From Sphagnum compactum (lineage: Eukaryota), in contig OZ234494.1 in assembly GCA_965153455.1 (NCBI GenBank), positions 8,122,001 through 8,186,000 of the forward strand: a stretch of 64,000 nt of DNA, read 5' to 3'. The notes beneath the pieces were generated by a model. That model did not search any database. It was not told the DNA's origin and saw nothing but the letters and a program-made list of their open reading frames with translations. A program made the translations under genes and the position numbers. Of the stretch, positions 9,528 to 21,600 are shown one piece after another; the stretch's first letter is position 1, and each line of letters opens with the position of its first letter.

Positions 9528-12500
9528 ACCCAAGCCATTTAAAATGTTGGTACATATTGTCGGAGTTGCAACTCTTTTATGTTTTCCTTGAATTTTCTTC
9601 TTCCAATTGTAATGTGACACCAGCCAAGCCCCGCTAGCTAACACTATGAACTTTCCTTTGGGTGGGGATGGTTAGTTAGGTGACAGGTTGTTGTTGTTAT
9701 TGTTGCGCCTAGTCCAAGCAAATCCTCAAGTTTTAACATTACCAAAATGATGTGAGCTTTTGACACTTTTAATGAAATGGAATATGAACACAAAAGGTTG
9801 AGAAGACAAATCGAATCCCAAAAGAAAACTAAAAGGGGGCTGTAGTGGCTTTACCCATCATGGGACTCAGGCAAGGGTGGTGGCCTACAAGGCTAGAAAG
9901 TCAAGTAGATGCCAACCTCACTCATAACTCTCCTCCACTCCTAAACCAAAGATGTTTTGATTTTGTTTAGTAAATGTGATAGAAACTTAGAGTTAAACAA
10001 ATTAATAATCTAAAAGAAAAAAAGTCTTTTGGGCCTTGGACTCTTGGAGTCCCTAATTTTGTAAGCACAATGATGCAAAAAAACCCCTCAACTTTGTTTA
10101 TCTACGCGAAGGAAGATTTGCACTACTCAAACAAGCAACTATTCTTTTGGGTGGTCACGGGGTTTAGTTTGTTAAAAGTTGTAAGGTCTTAATCTCCCTT
10201 TGTAATGTGTGTTTTATTTGATCCGGCACCTTGTTAATGCCAAGGATCAGCAAAGTTCATGCCCATCACTTTGCCTTTTGTGTGGTTGTGTACAAAATCA
10301 TCAACTTGTTCAAGTAAACAATTGAAGATTTGCACATTTTGAGGAAGCAACTTATCTTCTAGGGTGTGGTGATCACACTAAAACTTAGGTAGATTTTTCC
10401 TTCTGCATGATATGGTGGCTCACAGACTACCCAATCAACATGTTAATGCCAAAACAAAGGAAAAGATGATCCTTGCTTGTAATATAAGCAATTTATGATG
10501 ACAACGCTCACCAAAGTACCTAAACACCCATCCTTGGAAAAAACAATGTCAAATTTCAATGTGTTGGCAAGAATTTATGACTTGTAGGAAGGTGTGGGGT
10601 TTCCAATGCTCACCAAATATAATACAATTGGCTTCTTTGAATATATGGGAGCCAAAGAGTCATGGATGTTATCATGGGTCCTAATACCATTCATCTCTCT
10701 CCATTAGTTTCCTGCAGTAAGTGGATGTTCACATAGCTGATAGGCTGGTTGCAAGTGCATTTAAGCAAACCTCTAAATGACAGACGCATAATAGGGTTCA
10801 ATTTAGTGGAACAAATAATGTCAATTACTTGCTTTTAAATGTTAGAACTAATATAATAGAGTTATCTCTAAGGTCAGGCGAATAAGGGGCGAGAATGGCC
10901 AATTTCTGCATAATAGGGCATCAAACGCCTAACTGGGAATGAAAATTTTACAAAAGGAAATAACTGGGACCCAAACTAGTTTTTCCACCAATTTTGGTGG
11001 TAAACCGAATTATTTTTCCTTTTTCCTGACCGCCTCCACTGCTGCTACATATATTTTCACTGCTCCTACCTGTACAATTACTATAATTACTCTCCAACCT
11101 TGTGCATTAAATGCTGAGTTTCAGCATTTCATACCCAAATTTAATAAAAATTTCATTACTTTGCAGATACCACCGAAAGAGGGGGATAGGGAGCAAAAGC
11201 GGAGGAGATAGGGGGTGAAACAGAGGGTGACTTTATGCATAAATCTAATACAAGAAATAAGGTAAGTTCTAGTGAAGATTTAAAAAATAACATGCTATAA
11301 AAAAATGTTGAATGAATAAGGTACATTGCTGCAAACATTTTTTAATCTTTGTGTACTGAAATCAATCCATCATTCAACCAATGACCTACCCCCACACACA
11401 GAGCAAACACATAGATACCAGCCGAAAAAGTCTGTAAATGAATTGCTTTTGAATCTCATTGAGAAAGAAGGGAAACGTATGTGTGTCAATGTGAACTGAA
11501 ACCATTCGAAACAATGGTTAATGATCAATTCATAGTTTTAGAAAATTTGAATTCATGGGTTCCAAGTAGTACCAACAGGCACTTTACCAAAATATGTAAT
11601 AACAGATGACAAAAGATAAAAAGAAACATGCTTTGAATGGCTGGAGATCTTGGCATCGGGGAACATGAATCGAAGAGCCCTGAAAGAAGAGCCTGTGGAA
11701 GACTGCTGTTGTGGCCATGGCACACCCAGCCAGCCCAGGGCTCTTCTTCTTCTTCTATTCATGTTCCGTATTTCCAAAATCCCAGCTCCATTCCTCCAGG
11801 CCCACAAAAGTTTTCTTCCAATGGACCCACTAGATGACTACTACTGCACCTCCTCTGAGATTTTCAGCGCAGGGCACTGGGGTGGAGCTGCTTTTTATAA
11901 CAATCTTTTGAAAGATGTGATTAAGAGATGATATAACTAGATGTTCAATCAGCCTCATCAACAATTGAGGGCTTTACATGGTGTAAAGGGTGGACCAGAA
12001 GTTTTCTAAAGATAGGCAGAAGTTTACAAGGTGCAACATTGAATCGGAAAAGCCCACTGATGATGCTGATGGAAAGAAAATGGCAAACAATTCTTAAGAA
12101 AAAGTGTAAAACCACTTAATCACACACTTAGTTTGGCATACTCAATGTTTCATCCTATTTTTGTGAATCCTTGAATGTTGGAGCCTATTGTCTTTGCCAG
12201 TGAACTGGCAGCTTAACACCATATTGAGAAAATGACTTTTAACTCCAACTCAATTTGTGCTGAGGCATGTGATATTTTGGTGCGCAACAACAATTCATCT
12301 CAATATTCAAATTGATGACACACTGCAGGCCCCCTCAGGGCTGACTCAGGTTGCAGTAAGAGAGTGGTACAATCCAGTACTCCTCTTGGGTGGTTATAGC
12401 ACACAATTCAATTCAAAATTTCTAACCCCCAATTTATGTCAGTAAGCAAGATGGCAGGAGTCACAGCAACAAAGTGCAGCACCTGTGTTGTGTGTCACAC

Positions 12501-12619
12501 CAGCAGCAGCCGGTTGTCCTTCATTCAAGACATCTGTAGTAAAATGGGTAGTAGGTATTCAAATGCTTATTGTCCAAGGCTTTTTTGTTCTGGGTACTAC
12601 TGACCTGGTTTCTTGTCAG

Positions 12620-12700
12620 TGGTGCAAATATCAACTCCACACCATCTCTCTAAACAAGACCGGTGCAAAAATCAACTCCACACCACCTCTCCAAACAAGA
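12620..12700. repeat. 41-bp tandem duplication
   Basis: GGTGCAAATATCAACTCCACACCATCTCTCTAAACAAGACC is followed by GGTGCAAAAATCAACTCCACACCACCTCTCCAAACAAGAC. Confidence 0.85.
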
Positions 12701-13975
12701 CTGAAGTATTAAAAGGACCTGCCACTATGTATGTGCTGTGGTGTGTTATACTAAAACTGTCTGCTGCTGCCAGCCAGCCAGCCAACAGCAAAATTGGCCC
12801 CCCCCCCTCTCTAGAGTGCCTTACCCTACACATGAATTGGACATTGACAAGTGGTCTAAGGCTAATGTTGAAGTTGTTGGCGTTAGGGGCATAGTATGAT
12901 GAGATATGTATATAAGAGAAGGTCCCACATTGTTGGGGGCCTTCCGGATTTGAGATCCCCCAGGCCTATCAGCCCAGGGAGGTCGAAAATGTGAAAGGGC
13001 CCCTTAGCGGGACCTTCCCCTACATAAAGCAACCGATACTTTTTCTTTTCTTTTTTTGAAATGACTAATCCTAAAACTGGATCCTTGGGCCTACTTTGGG
13101 CCTTCCGGATTTTGGAAGATCCAGTAAACTAGAGATAAATCTCAAATAAATATGAGATAAGTCGGAGAAAGTCAAACAAAATAGATTCAAGGTAAGGAGC
13201 AACTTGAAAATACAAAGGAAAAAAAAAGTGCCGATGCTTTATGTGAGATACAAGCCTCTATTTACAAGTCAATATTTTGCCTTGGCCAAGCCTGTGTATT
13301 GTGCTGAGGAGATGACTTCACAGATGAGTGCCTAACCCAACATAGACTAGTGGGAGATTGTATTTGGAGGGCACCTTATATCTAGAAATTTCCTTTCTTA
13401 AAAAGATGATGTTACACCTAATCTTTAAGTGTGAGAGGTATCTTATCCTTATTTATATGTATAAAGATCCCTCCTTCCTTCCCTCCCACTCTTAAGGGGT
13501 AGTAGGCCTAAGAACCCTACCCCTTCCATACCTCTTGATTTCTGTATGTGTAGGTTCATGCTAACCTTCATTTCAAATAGTGAGAAATTTTTCATACTTT
13601 CTTTACTAGAGAGCACCCTATATATCCATGACTATCCTTCTTCAAAAAGAGGAGGGAGGGATGTTCCACCTACTCCTTAAGAGTGGGAGAGGCATCTCTG
13701 GCTTTACTTATATGCACAAGATCCCTCCCTCCCACTCTTAAGGAGTAGGCCAAGAAACCCCGGCCCTTCTAACCTTCACTTAGTGGTTTATGGCAGGCCC
13801 TATATTTGTACACCGAGCCTTATGTGGCTGTTTAAGGGGCACATGTATGTACACAGCAGCTCTACTTAACAAAAGTGCTTTTGAGTGCATTCCTACAGAA
13901 TGGGGAGTGCAGTTCAGTAGTCCCTATTCAGTGAACCAATGAATTCATTGGATTTTCAACTAGGTCTAGTTTATT

Positions 13976-14125
13976 GGGATCAGTGAATTCATTCAAAATT
14001 CAGTGAAAGCACTTTACGAACAAACAGGACTAGTGAATTCACTCAAATTCCAGTGGAAGCACTTAATGAACAAATGGGACTAATGAATTCACTCCAAAAC
14101 CAGTGACAGCACTTTAGGAACAAAG
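13976..14125. repeat. Three 50-bp tandem repeats, each with an (A)GTGAATTCAC(T)-type palindrome
   Basis: The (G/A)TGAATTCA core recurs at about 13983, 14033 and 14083, each followed by CAGTG..AGCACTT....GAACAAA. Confidence 0.8.
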
Positions 14126-14577
14126 ACACATTTTATTCTAATGCGAGGTGAGGTTTAAGGTTTAGAAGAGTGAGAGTGATGAACTGTAACGAGAATTTCA
14201 TCATAATTTTAAGACAAGATGTTGGGATTTACACTTATACAACACGTCACCTGTCTTGTACAATAATAATACTTGTTTCAATTTTTAAATTGCATGTTAA
14301 ATTTGCTCCCCTGAACTGAAGTGACTGAGCTTTTTGCAGGTGCTGAGTGACCACAGATACTGTGTTCATTTCAGTATGACGACAAAAAAATCCAGTAAAG
14401 ATTGATTCCACTTCCAAAGGATGAAAAAAGTGACACTAGGAAACAAGCAAAACCCTCATGATGACTTTGGCAGCCTTGTTGCTGTACCTTTAAAATTTTG
14501 AAAAAAAAGCAAAAGCCACATTGGTCCCAAGCAACTAATTGGGTCTTCAACTAAGTAGCTCCTGGTGGGCAAAGCTG

Positions 14578-14775
14578 AACCAGCACCTACCTTCACCTTC
14601 TTGAGTGAGGCCTGTTAGAGGGATATACTTAATTAACCCAGGAATTCTTAAAATTTGGGTTCCAAGATCCTGCTTTCATATAAGGATTGGGGGTATTCAT
14701 AAGCTTTTTAAGCAGCACCCATCAACAAATTAGGGTTTTTGTGGTAACCATGGTACTAGTGTTAGGTGCTAGTCA
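14578..14775. mobile_element. MITE family B, copy 2
   Basis: Starts AACCAGCACCTACCTTCACCTTCTTGAGTGAGGC and ends ACCATGGTACTAGTGTTAGGTGCTAGT; homologous to 9318-9527. Confidence 0.55.
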
Positions 14776-16069
14776 TGCACAGGATGCAAAAGTTTTACTT
14801 CCAATGAAATTCACAGAAATCCAGAATTTTGACTTTCATTCAATATTAGGTTCATAACTTCCATCATCAAAGAAATTCATTTGACCCATACCTACCCTAA
14901 TTTTGTTGTGTTCAAGTGATCAGTGTGCTTGAGAGGCCCAAGCTCACCATTCAAAGAAGAGGCTTATGTTGTTGGACTCTGAATTATTCAGGGGGAGACA
15001 AATAAATCATTTGAGCTACCATTGATACCTAGTCAACAGTAGATCATCTAATATCAGTTGTCTTCTATCTCTGTAAAGCTTCAGGAAAACCTGAAGCTGT
15101 TTTTCTCTCAGCAACAGCAGCAGCAACACAGAGAGGCTGCCCCCTCCTTCACAAGCTTTAGATGAAGGAAGAGATAGATCGCTATGTTAGGGTTAATTGG
15201 GTTAAATCCAAAGAATCTGCACCAACCACAATCTATGGGTCCACCTTAAACATCACCGTGCTGTCTGTGGGGGTGATATTTATAACAGCTTTTTATTGGC
15301 CTTTCCTTGTTCCATCTCACATCCTTATCCTGACCCAGATAGCATCCCCGAGAGCTAGAATACCCTACTTTAGCTGTGTAATGCCAAGGTGAATGAATGT
15401 TGAAGGCATGGGGATCAGCGTTTTTTTTTTCTTGGATTTCTTGAAGTAATAGGAGGGAGTGTGTAATATGGCTACTCCAGTCATTTTTAATAAAACAATT
15501 GGCTACTACTTTTTTTTTTGGTTATATATTTGCCTACCATTTTTTTTTTCAAGGGCTAGAGTTTGGCTATTGTGTATTTTTTATTGAGTAGGCAATGTGG
15601 TGAATCAAGACATTTTAGAACTCTGAAACTGAGTGAAAGGGTTTGCCGTAGTGCATGCTACAAAGTTCAAAAGCACTACTTGGGGAGTTGAACCCCAGTC
15701 TCAAACTTTGCCCAGTGCAAAGTAATGTCCCTACACACAGCCCAACACAACTCACAAGTGCCAAGTTCCAACCATAAATCATGATACAAGCAACAAATAA
15801 AATACAAGAATTTAGGAAAAAAAAAATTAATCCCAAAGTTCAAACTCCGCTGCGAATTCCATGCTGCACTCTTTGTTGACCATCAAACCAACTAATAAGG
15901 ATTCAATGATCTTCAAAAACTCACAAGTAGGCTAGAATTTCAGAAAAAAAAAAGGCAGTTTCAAAATTCAAATTATGAATGTGGATTGTGCACAATGGAC
16001 AAGGAAAGTTGCCCCAACAAGGGGACTTGGAATGAAACCTAACTACCATTAGTAATGAAATTTCTACTT

Positions 16070-17240
16070 TCAAATATCAATACAATATCGAGTCTTCATG
16101 TTGCCCCACAAGGTAATGGCCTCTTCAAATGGGAAGTCTTCACATTTGTAAAACTGTTGTGCATAAAACCGAGTGCAAAGATCCAATTGGCACAACAAGC
16201 GATTCTTTAGCTTGTTTTTTATGAAAGCCACTATTAAAAAATACCACTCATCCTCAACAGACCTCAAGACCTGAACACATGTTATTTCAACCAACTTAAT
16301 GAATTCTGAAAGTTTGATCTTGAAGATGGGAGAAGAAATAATCTTTGCCCACAATTGAGTGACCAGCGTTTTATCCTACATCTCCTTCACATTCTTCACA
16401 TTCTTTATCCTACATAATCTTCACATTCCTAAACAACTTGTTCCCATTTTCTATGAACACATCACATAACTTTTAGAACTCAAGGAACTTCTTAGGTGAA
16501 TGAGAGAGAAAAAATACATAGCTTGTAATAGCACCTCCAACCAAGTCACCAAATTGAGTTTCGATAGCACCAACACAGTGAATTTCATTCAATGAGCAAA
16601 GCAATGGACTCCAATCATGAATGGAATGATTGTCTCTTTCATCTAAATAGTCACACCAATGCTCACACCTTGGAAAATGATAATGTCATCACAACCCATG
16701 AAAATGAACTTCAACCCCAAATCCTTAGCACCCACACCCGCAAAGGAATCCAAAGATCATAACATTAACTGAAAGACATTATCAGTTGTCCCTTACGCAT
16801 CAACTTTTTCCACACAAACCATAAGAATGATTCAATTCCAATCTGTAATTGTGTAAAGGTGCAAAGAAATCCAATAAGCATTGTCAATTGTTGTCACTTC
16901 ATCCACACTCACAGATAAAACATTAACGACATTGATAGCATCGCAAGTAAACTACAACAAAACTTGGTTCGTTGACTCAACAATACCCTTCAAACCCTCA
17001 AAGTCTGTCATAGCTTGACCCCTAGACAACAAATGAAAAACAGCAACAAATTGGACGAATTTTTATTTATAATCTTAAGGAACCTCTACAACAACAAGAT
17101 CAAGAATTGAAAGACGATCCTGGCAATGTAATTTTTTTCATCTTGTGCATGTTGGCTTTTAAGATCGAAATAAAAAGAACCAACTCTAACTCTTGGGTTT
17201 GAGACTTTGGCTTTGCACCTACCAACATGCTTAAACAAAC
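16070..17240 (-). pseudogene. Degenerate hAT-superfamily transposase (ZMYM1/ZNF862-like) relic
   Basis: ORF 16070-16354 (VEITCVQVLRSVEDEWYF..AFIKNKLKNRL..LDLCTRFY) resembles a hAT C-terminal dimerisation region. At about 16860-16925 the minus strand reads LSVSVDEVTTIDNAYWISLHLY, the first catalytic Asp block. There are many stops and frameshifts and an apparent internal deletion. Confidence 0.75.
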
Positions 17241-17621
17241 TATCAAGCTTAAACACGAGCAATTTTTCCTTCCCTTTGACTTTCGTGCAAATTGCACACT
17301 AAACTTGATGCACGTTACCTATTTCATCTACTATTTATTCTACCCAAGGAAGCTTCATAGCCCATCGATCCCGAAAATGGCAAGTACTTTCATGATCACA
17401 CTTCTTTTTCTTGGCTACTAGACTATGAGACTCTGGGCTTGGAATAAGAGGTTCTTTTGATTCAAAAGTTAAAGCAATTGTGTCAAAAATTAAAGTTTCA
17501 ACAACCATCTCAACATCTGCATTCTTTACGATGGTTGCAATACTAACAAGAAAATGGAAAAGCAATTTGAACTTAAAGTTATTAGGGATAGTCAAAAGAG
17601 CCATGGATGATGGTGAACGTA

Positions 17622-19512
17622 CACTATGAGAAATCACGTCCATCAAAATCACACTACCTTACAATTAAAATTCAAAAACAACTCATATACAACTATTGTG
17701 CAATTATATCTTCAGTATTACAAAGTGTGCAACTATCCCCTTAGAAATATGGTGTATTAATATATAAATTACTACGTCATAAAATTGATTAGTTGTATTA
17801 TAATTACAAGTGAATTGAAAATGGGTCTTTTCTATGGTAATTTATACACATCGTACATACATATGTAGTCAACCATGTTTGACTTTTTCAAGAGTTGCAT
17901 TATAGTTACATGTGGCAACTATTATAAAGTTGTTGTAAATGTGTCACTAAAACAACAACTATGTTGCAACTGGGTACAATGTACATACATGCAATCATGC
18001 GACATGTCCAAATTTCCACCACCCATTTGGAATACATTTGCAACTAGTTTTCAATTATGATTCTCATTGATACAATTAGCCCAATCACTAGTGCGCCACT
18101 ACTAAAGTACTACTATTCAACTACGTTGTGACTATAATACAACTACTTACAACTTAATAAAAATACATATTCATTAGTTATTCATATCTTCATCATGTAT
18201 GTTTCATTTTGAATGATTTAAAATGTTATGGGAGTGTTACCTCAAGCTTTAGAAATCATCTTTGAAATGTAAAGGAAAAGGAATAATGAAAAATTAACAA
18301 GAAGAGAAATAAGCTTTCCAACTTACAAAACATTTTTTTTTCCTTTTTTTTCCCTCTTGGGATCCTTCTGACTTTCAAACCTCATAACTTTCTTATTTCT
18401 TATTCATTTTAAACGATTTAAAATGTTATAGGAATGGCATTTGAAGTTATACAAGTGATTATTGAACTTTAATAGCAATAGAAAAACATGAAAGGATTTT
18501 TTTTAGGTGTTTGGGAACTAGCCTTTGTAGCATTCAATGGTTTTTTTTTGAGTTGTTGACCCCCTCTACTTTGGGGGGCCATAACTTTCTCAATTATATT
18601 CCATTTTTGACAATTTTTAGTGCCCCAGAGGTGTCAATAGAAGGGGTTTAAGTTTTGTTTGGACACCAAAAAAATGGAACCCTCCCCTTAGATCTAGCCT
18701 ATCTTGAACGCTTAAGTGTTATAGTTGCAACTTAATTTGCAACTAAGGAACAACTAAAAGATTTAACCCATATGTTTTATTTTCGAATCCCATGTTACAA
18801 ACTATATAAAGAAGGCTTGTTGTCTCATATTCTCACATTAAAATACAAGTGTCATTTTAGGATGAGCTCAAAAAAGCTTAACCTAAAGGCAAAACATATA
18901 TATTTTTCAAAAACATTCATGGTTATTCTTTTATTTTTTACCTACCTATGACCCTAGGTAGGTAGGTAGGTCCTAGGTAAATATGTAGGTATATAGGTTT
19001 TAAGACCTACCAACCTACCTACCTATGGTTATGTACGATTTACCTAACTACTAAAATAAATAAATAAATTTATTTATTTATTCCAGAATATAATTAATAT
19101 GCCATGTGGCAATTTTTTATTGTGCCATGTGTCCAAATTTCAAACCATCATTAACAATCATAATGAATGATGGAAATCAATATTTTGAAAAGAAAATAAT
19201 TTTTATGTCAAAAAATCTTCATAATGCCACACGTCGAATTTTAATAGGTGGATGACATTCAATGACGTTAACATGACATCATGGGTGCAATTATAATGGA
19301 GTTGCTTAATAGTTAAAAAGGAGTTGTTTTGATTGAGTTGTAATTGAGTTGCAATGAGTTGCACTATATATATGATGAGTTACAACTTTGCAACTCATGC
19401 ACCTTGTCTGTTAACACTCACTACATATAAATACAGTTAGTTGCAAATGTCCTCTGTAATTCAAAAATTGAGTTGTAAAGCCAGTTGCAAAACAACCCTT
19501 TTTTTCATAATG
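17622..19512. mobile_element. Non-autonomous CACTA (En/Spm) element, 1.9 kb
   Basis: The left end is CACTATGAGAAA at 17622 and the right end is TTTTTCATAATG ending at 19512 (degenerate ..TAGTG). The 3-bp TSD GTA is on both sides (17619-17621, 19513-19515). TGCAACT/AGTTGCA subterminal motifs are abundant and there is no transposase ORF. Confidence 0.8.
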
Positions 19513-20939
19513 GTAATTCCTAAGATTAAAAGACCAAAAATATCAAAATATCAAAAGACCATAAAAAAGATCAGATGAAAATCAAAAGAAGAATTTTAAA
19601 AATGCATGCAAACACAACACAATGCAATGTGCACACACCCGATGCTTGAACACCCAAAAGATTAGCCAATTATACCATTCGACATCAGTCAGAACTCACA
19701 ATAGGAAAAAAATACAAAATGAAAAAAAATGAACACCTTGGTGAATAATTGAGCTTCATTGTATAATGAAATTAACTACATTCCTTAGTACATACTACAT
19801 ATTAATGGCGACAAGCTTCAATAGAGCTATAGCAATGGCGAGAGGATAGGAGGAGAGTGTAGGTAACTGGTGAAAGGTTTTAGTAGAATGTACGTAAGCG
19901 GCAAAAGGCACTTGAGTGGAAGGAAATGGTTTGGCAATATGATTACAAACAAATGGCGTAGTGCCACTATATGTCGCTTTCAAAGCCTAGCTTGTGGTGA
20001 TTTTTTTTTTTTCATTTTTTTTGTCGCATACATGCCGCCAACCTTTTTCTTGTTTTTCCATTTGGCGAAATTTTGCCACAAAAAATAAAATAAATGGGGG
20101 ATTTCAAATTCAACATTGAAATGAAATTTTTGAGCAAAATCAAAAGTCCACGCCATGTAGCCCAACCACAATATTGTATGAAAAGAAAAACCCTTGTATA
20201 TAAAAAAGGTCGGGATGGGAACCCATTCACAAGAAATAAGAAGTACAAGGCAAATAAAAGCATGGAAACACATGTCACAAAAAAAATAACAATCCAGACA
20301 TCACTAATACACTAATAAAATAGAAGATCGTAAACTAAAAAGGTGTAATTTGCCATAAATCGACTACCAATGAAACTGTATTAATTGTGAAGTGTGGAAG
20401 AAATGAAGAAGGTCTATCAAATGTGACATCATATTGAAGAATCATAATGGCCTATGAACATTAAGCATTATGAGAATTAAAGAAGATCGCTAACAATAGA
20501 CTATAGTGGCTTAAACACAAAAAGTCAAAAAGGAGTTGAAATGCAAATGAATGACCATATGGGATGGTCAGTTTTGGATAGCAATTGTCAAAATGAATGC
20601 ATTTTAGATTATAAGGTCAATTCAACATTTGAAGTTAAAGTTTTGAAGGGTTAAAATTAAAGTTTATGGGGTCTTCAGATATTTTGATTATAGTTATTTA
20701 ATTCATGTTTCTTTGCTCATTTTTTTCATCGTTATGGTTGTTCCATAAGACTTTTTGAAATATCCAAAATTGGAATTATTATTCTAATTTTGGATTAGAT
20801 TGAATTGTGTTTCCATTATTTTTTAACTACAATTATTGTTTTCTCTTCCTACAAAATGTGAGTCATTACCAATTGGAATGTTTTATGCAAATGCAAAGTT
20901 GGAAGAGATGAGGCAACTTGCATTGTGAAACTTAGCCTA

Positions 20940-21160
20940 GGAGCTTAACTTTGGTTCTTAATTAATTATTAGTGAACTTGTTATTAACAATAATTATTAG
21001 TGAATTTGATTAACTATTAGTGAATTCACTTATCTATAACAACTAGTCCTTGTTCATTTAAAGGTTGGCAATTTTCACCATTGGTAAATTTGTACAACTT
21101 CACTAAAAATCTAGTGAAACACATAGTGAACTTGAACATATATTCTTTTAGTGAACTAGG
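20940..21160 (-). repeat. Inverted fragment related to the left subterminal region of the CACTA family at 33336/62240
   Basis: The reverse complement reads ..AGTTCACT..TTTCACTAGATTTT..GGTGAAAATTG..AATGAACAAGGACTAGTTG..AGATAA, matching 33355-33460 and 62260-62360. Confidence 0.6.
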
Positions 21161-21359
21161 AGTGATTTGTGTTAATTAGTTCATTGGTGTGTTCACAACT
21201 TTTTATTTTGAAGGAACCATATTGATTGGCCCATTTTCAAAAAAATTGGAACATTAGGCATTACGCAATAGATGCACTTCTTTAAACCCTTGTCACAAAA
21301 TAAAAACAATGTGCTCCCCTATAACTCACCTTTTCAATCTATATACATCAAAGTACCGT

Positions 21360-21600
21360 ATAGGATAAGTTTGAGGTGCTTGGGAACATCTTGGGGAACA
21401 CTTGGAAACTTGGGGAACATTTTGAAAACCCCATGGGAAAAAGAAAAGAAAAAATCCTTCCACCCACCTCCCCCCAAAAAAATTGGACCCCTAAATGCAT
21501 GGCCTCATAAGTGCATGTTGAGCCTTCTCATTAGTTGCATGAAACTTTTATTCCTAAAATTATTTGTCACCATTTTTGGCTTGGGCTAATGGTAGGAGTA
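21360..21600 (-). repeat. Dispersed repeat, inverted homolog of 48634-49070
   Basis: Shares TTAGCCCA.GCCAAAAATGGTGAC.AA.AATTTT.G.AA..AA.TTTCATG.AAC.AATG.GAAGGCTCA.CATGCA and TGTTCCC/GGGAACA arrays with 48640-48880. Confidence 0.7.

Noticed and set aside
13976-14125. CRISPR-like array of palindromic repeats
   Set aside because: Whole units are homologous with no unique spacers, there are no cas genes, and the context is eukaryotic.
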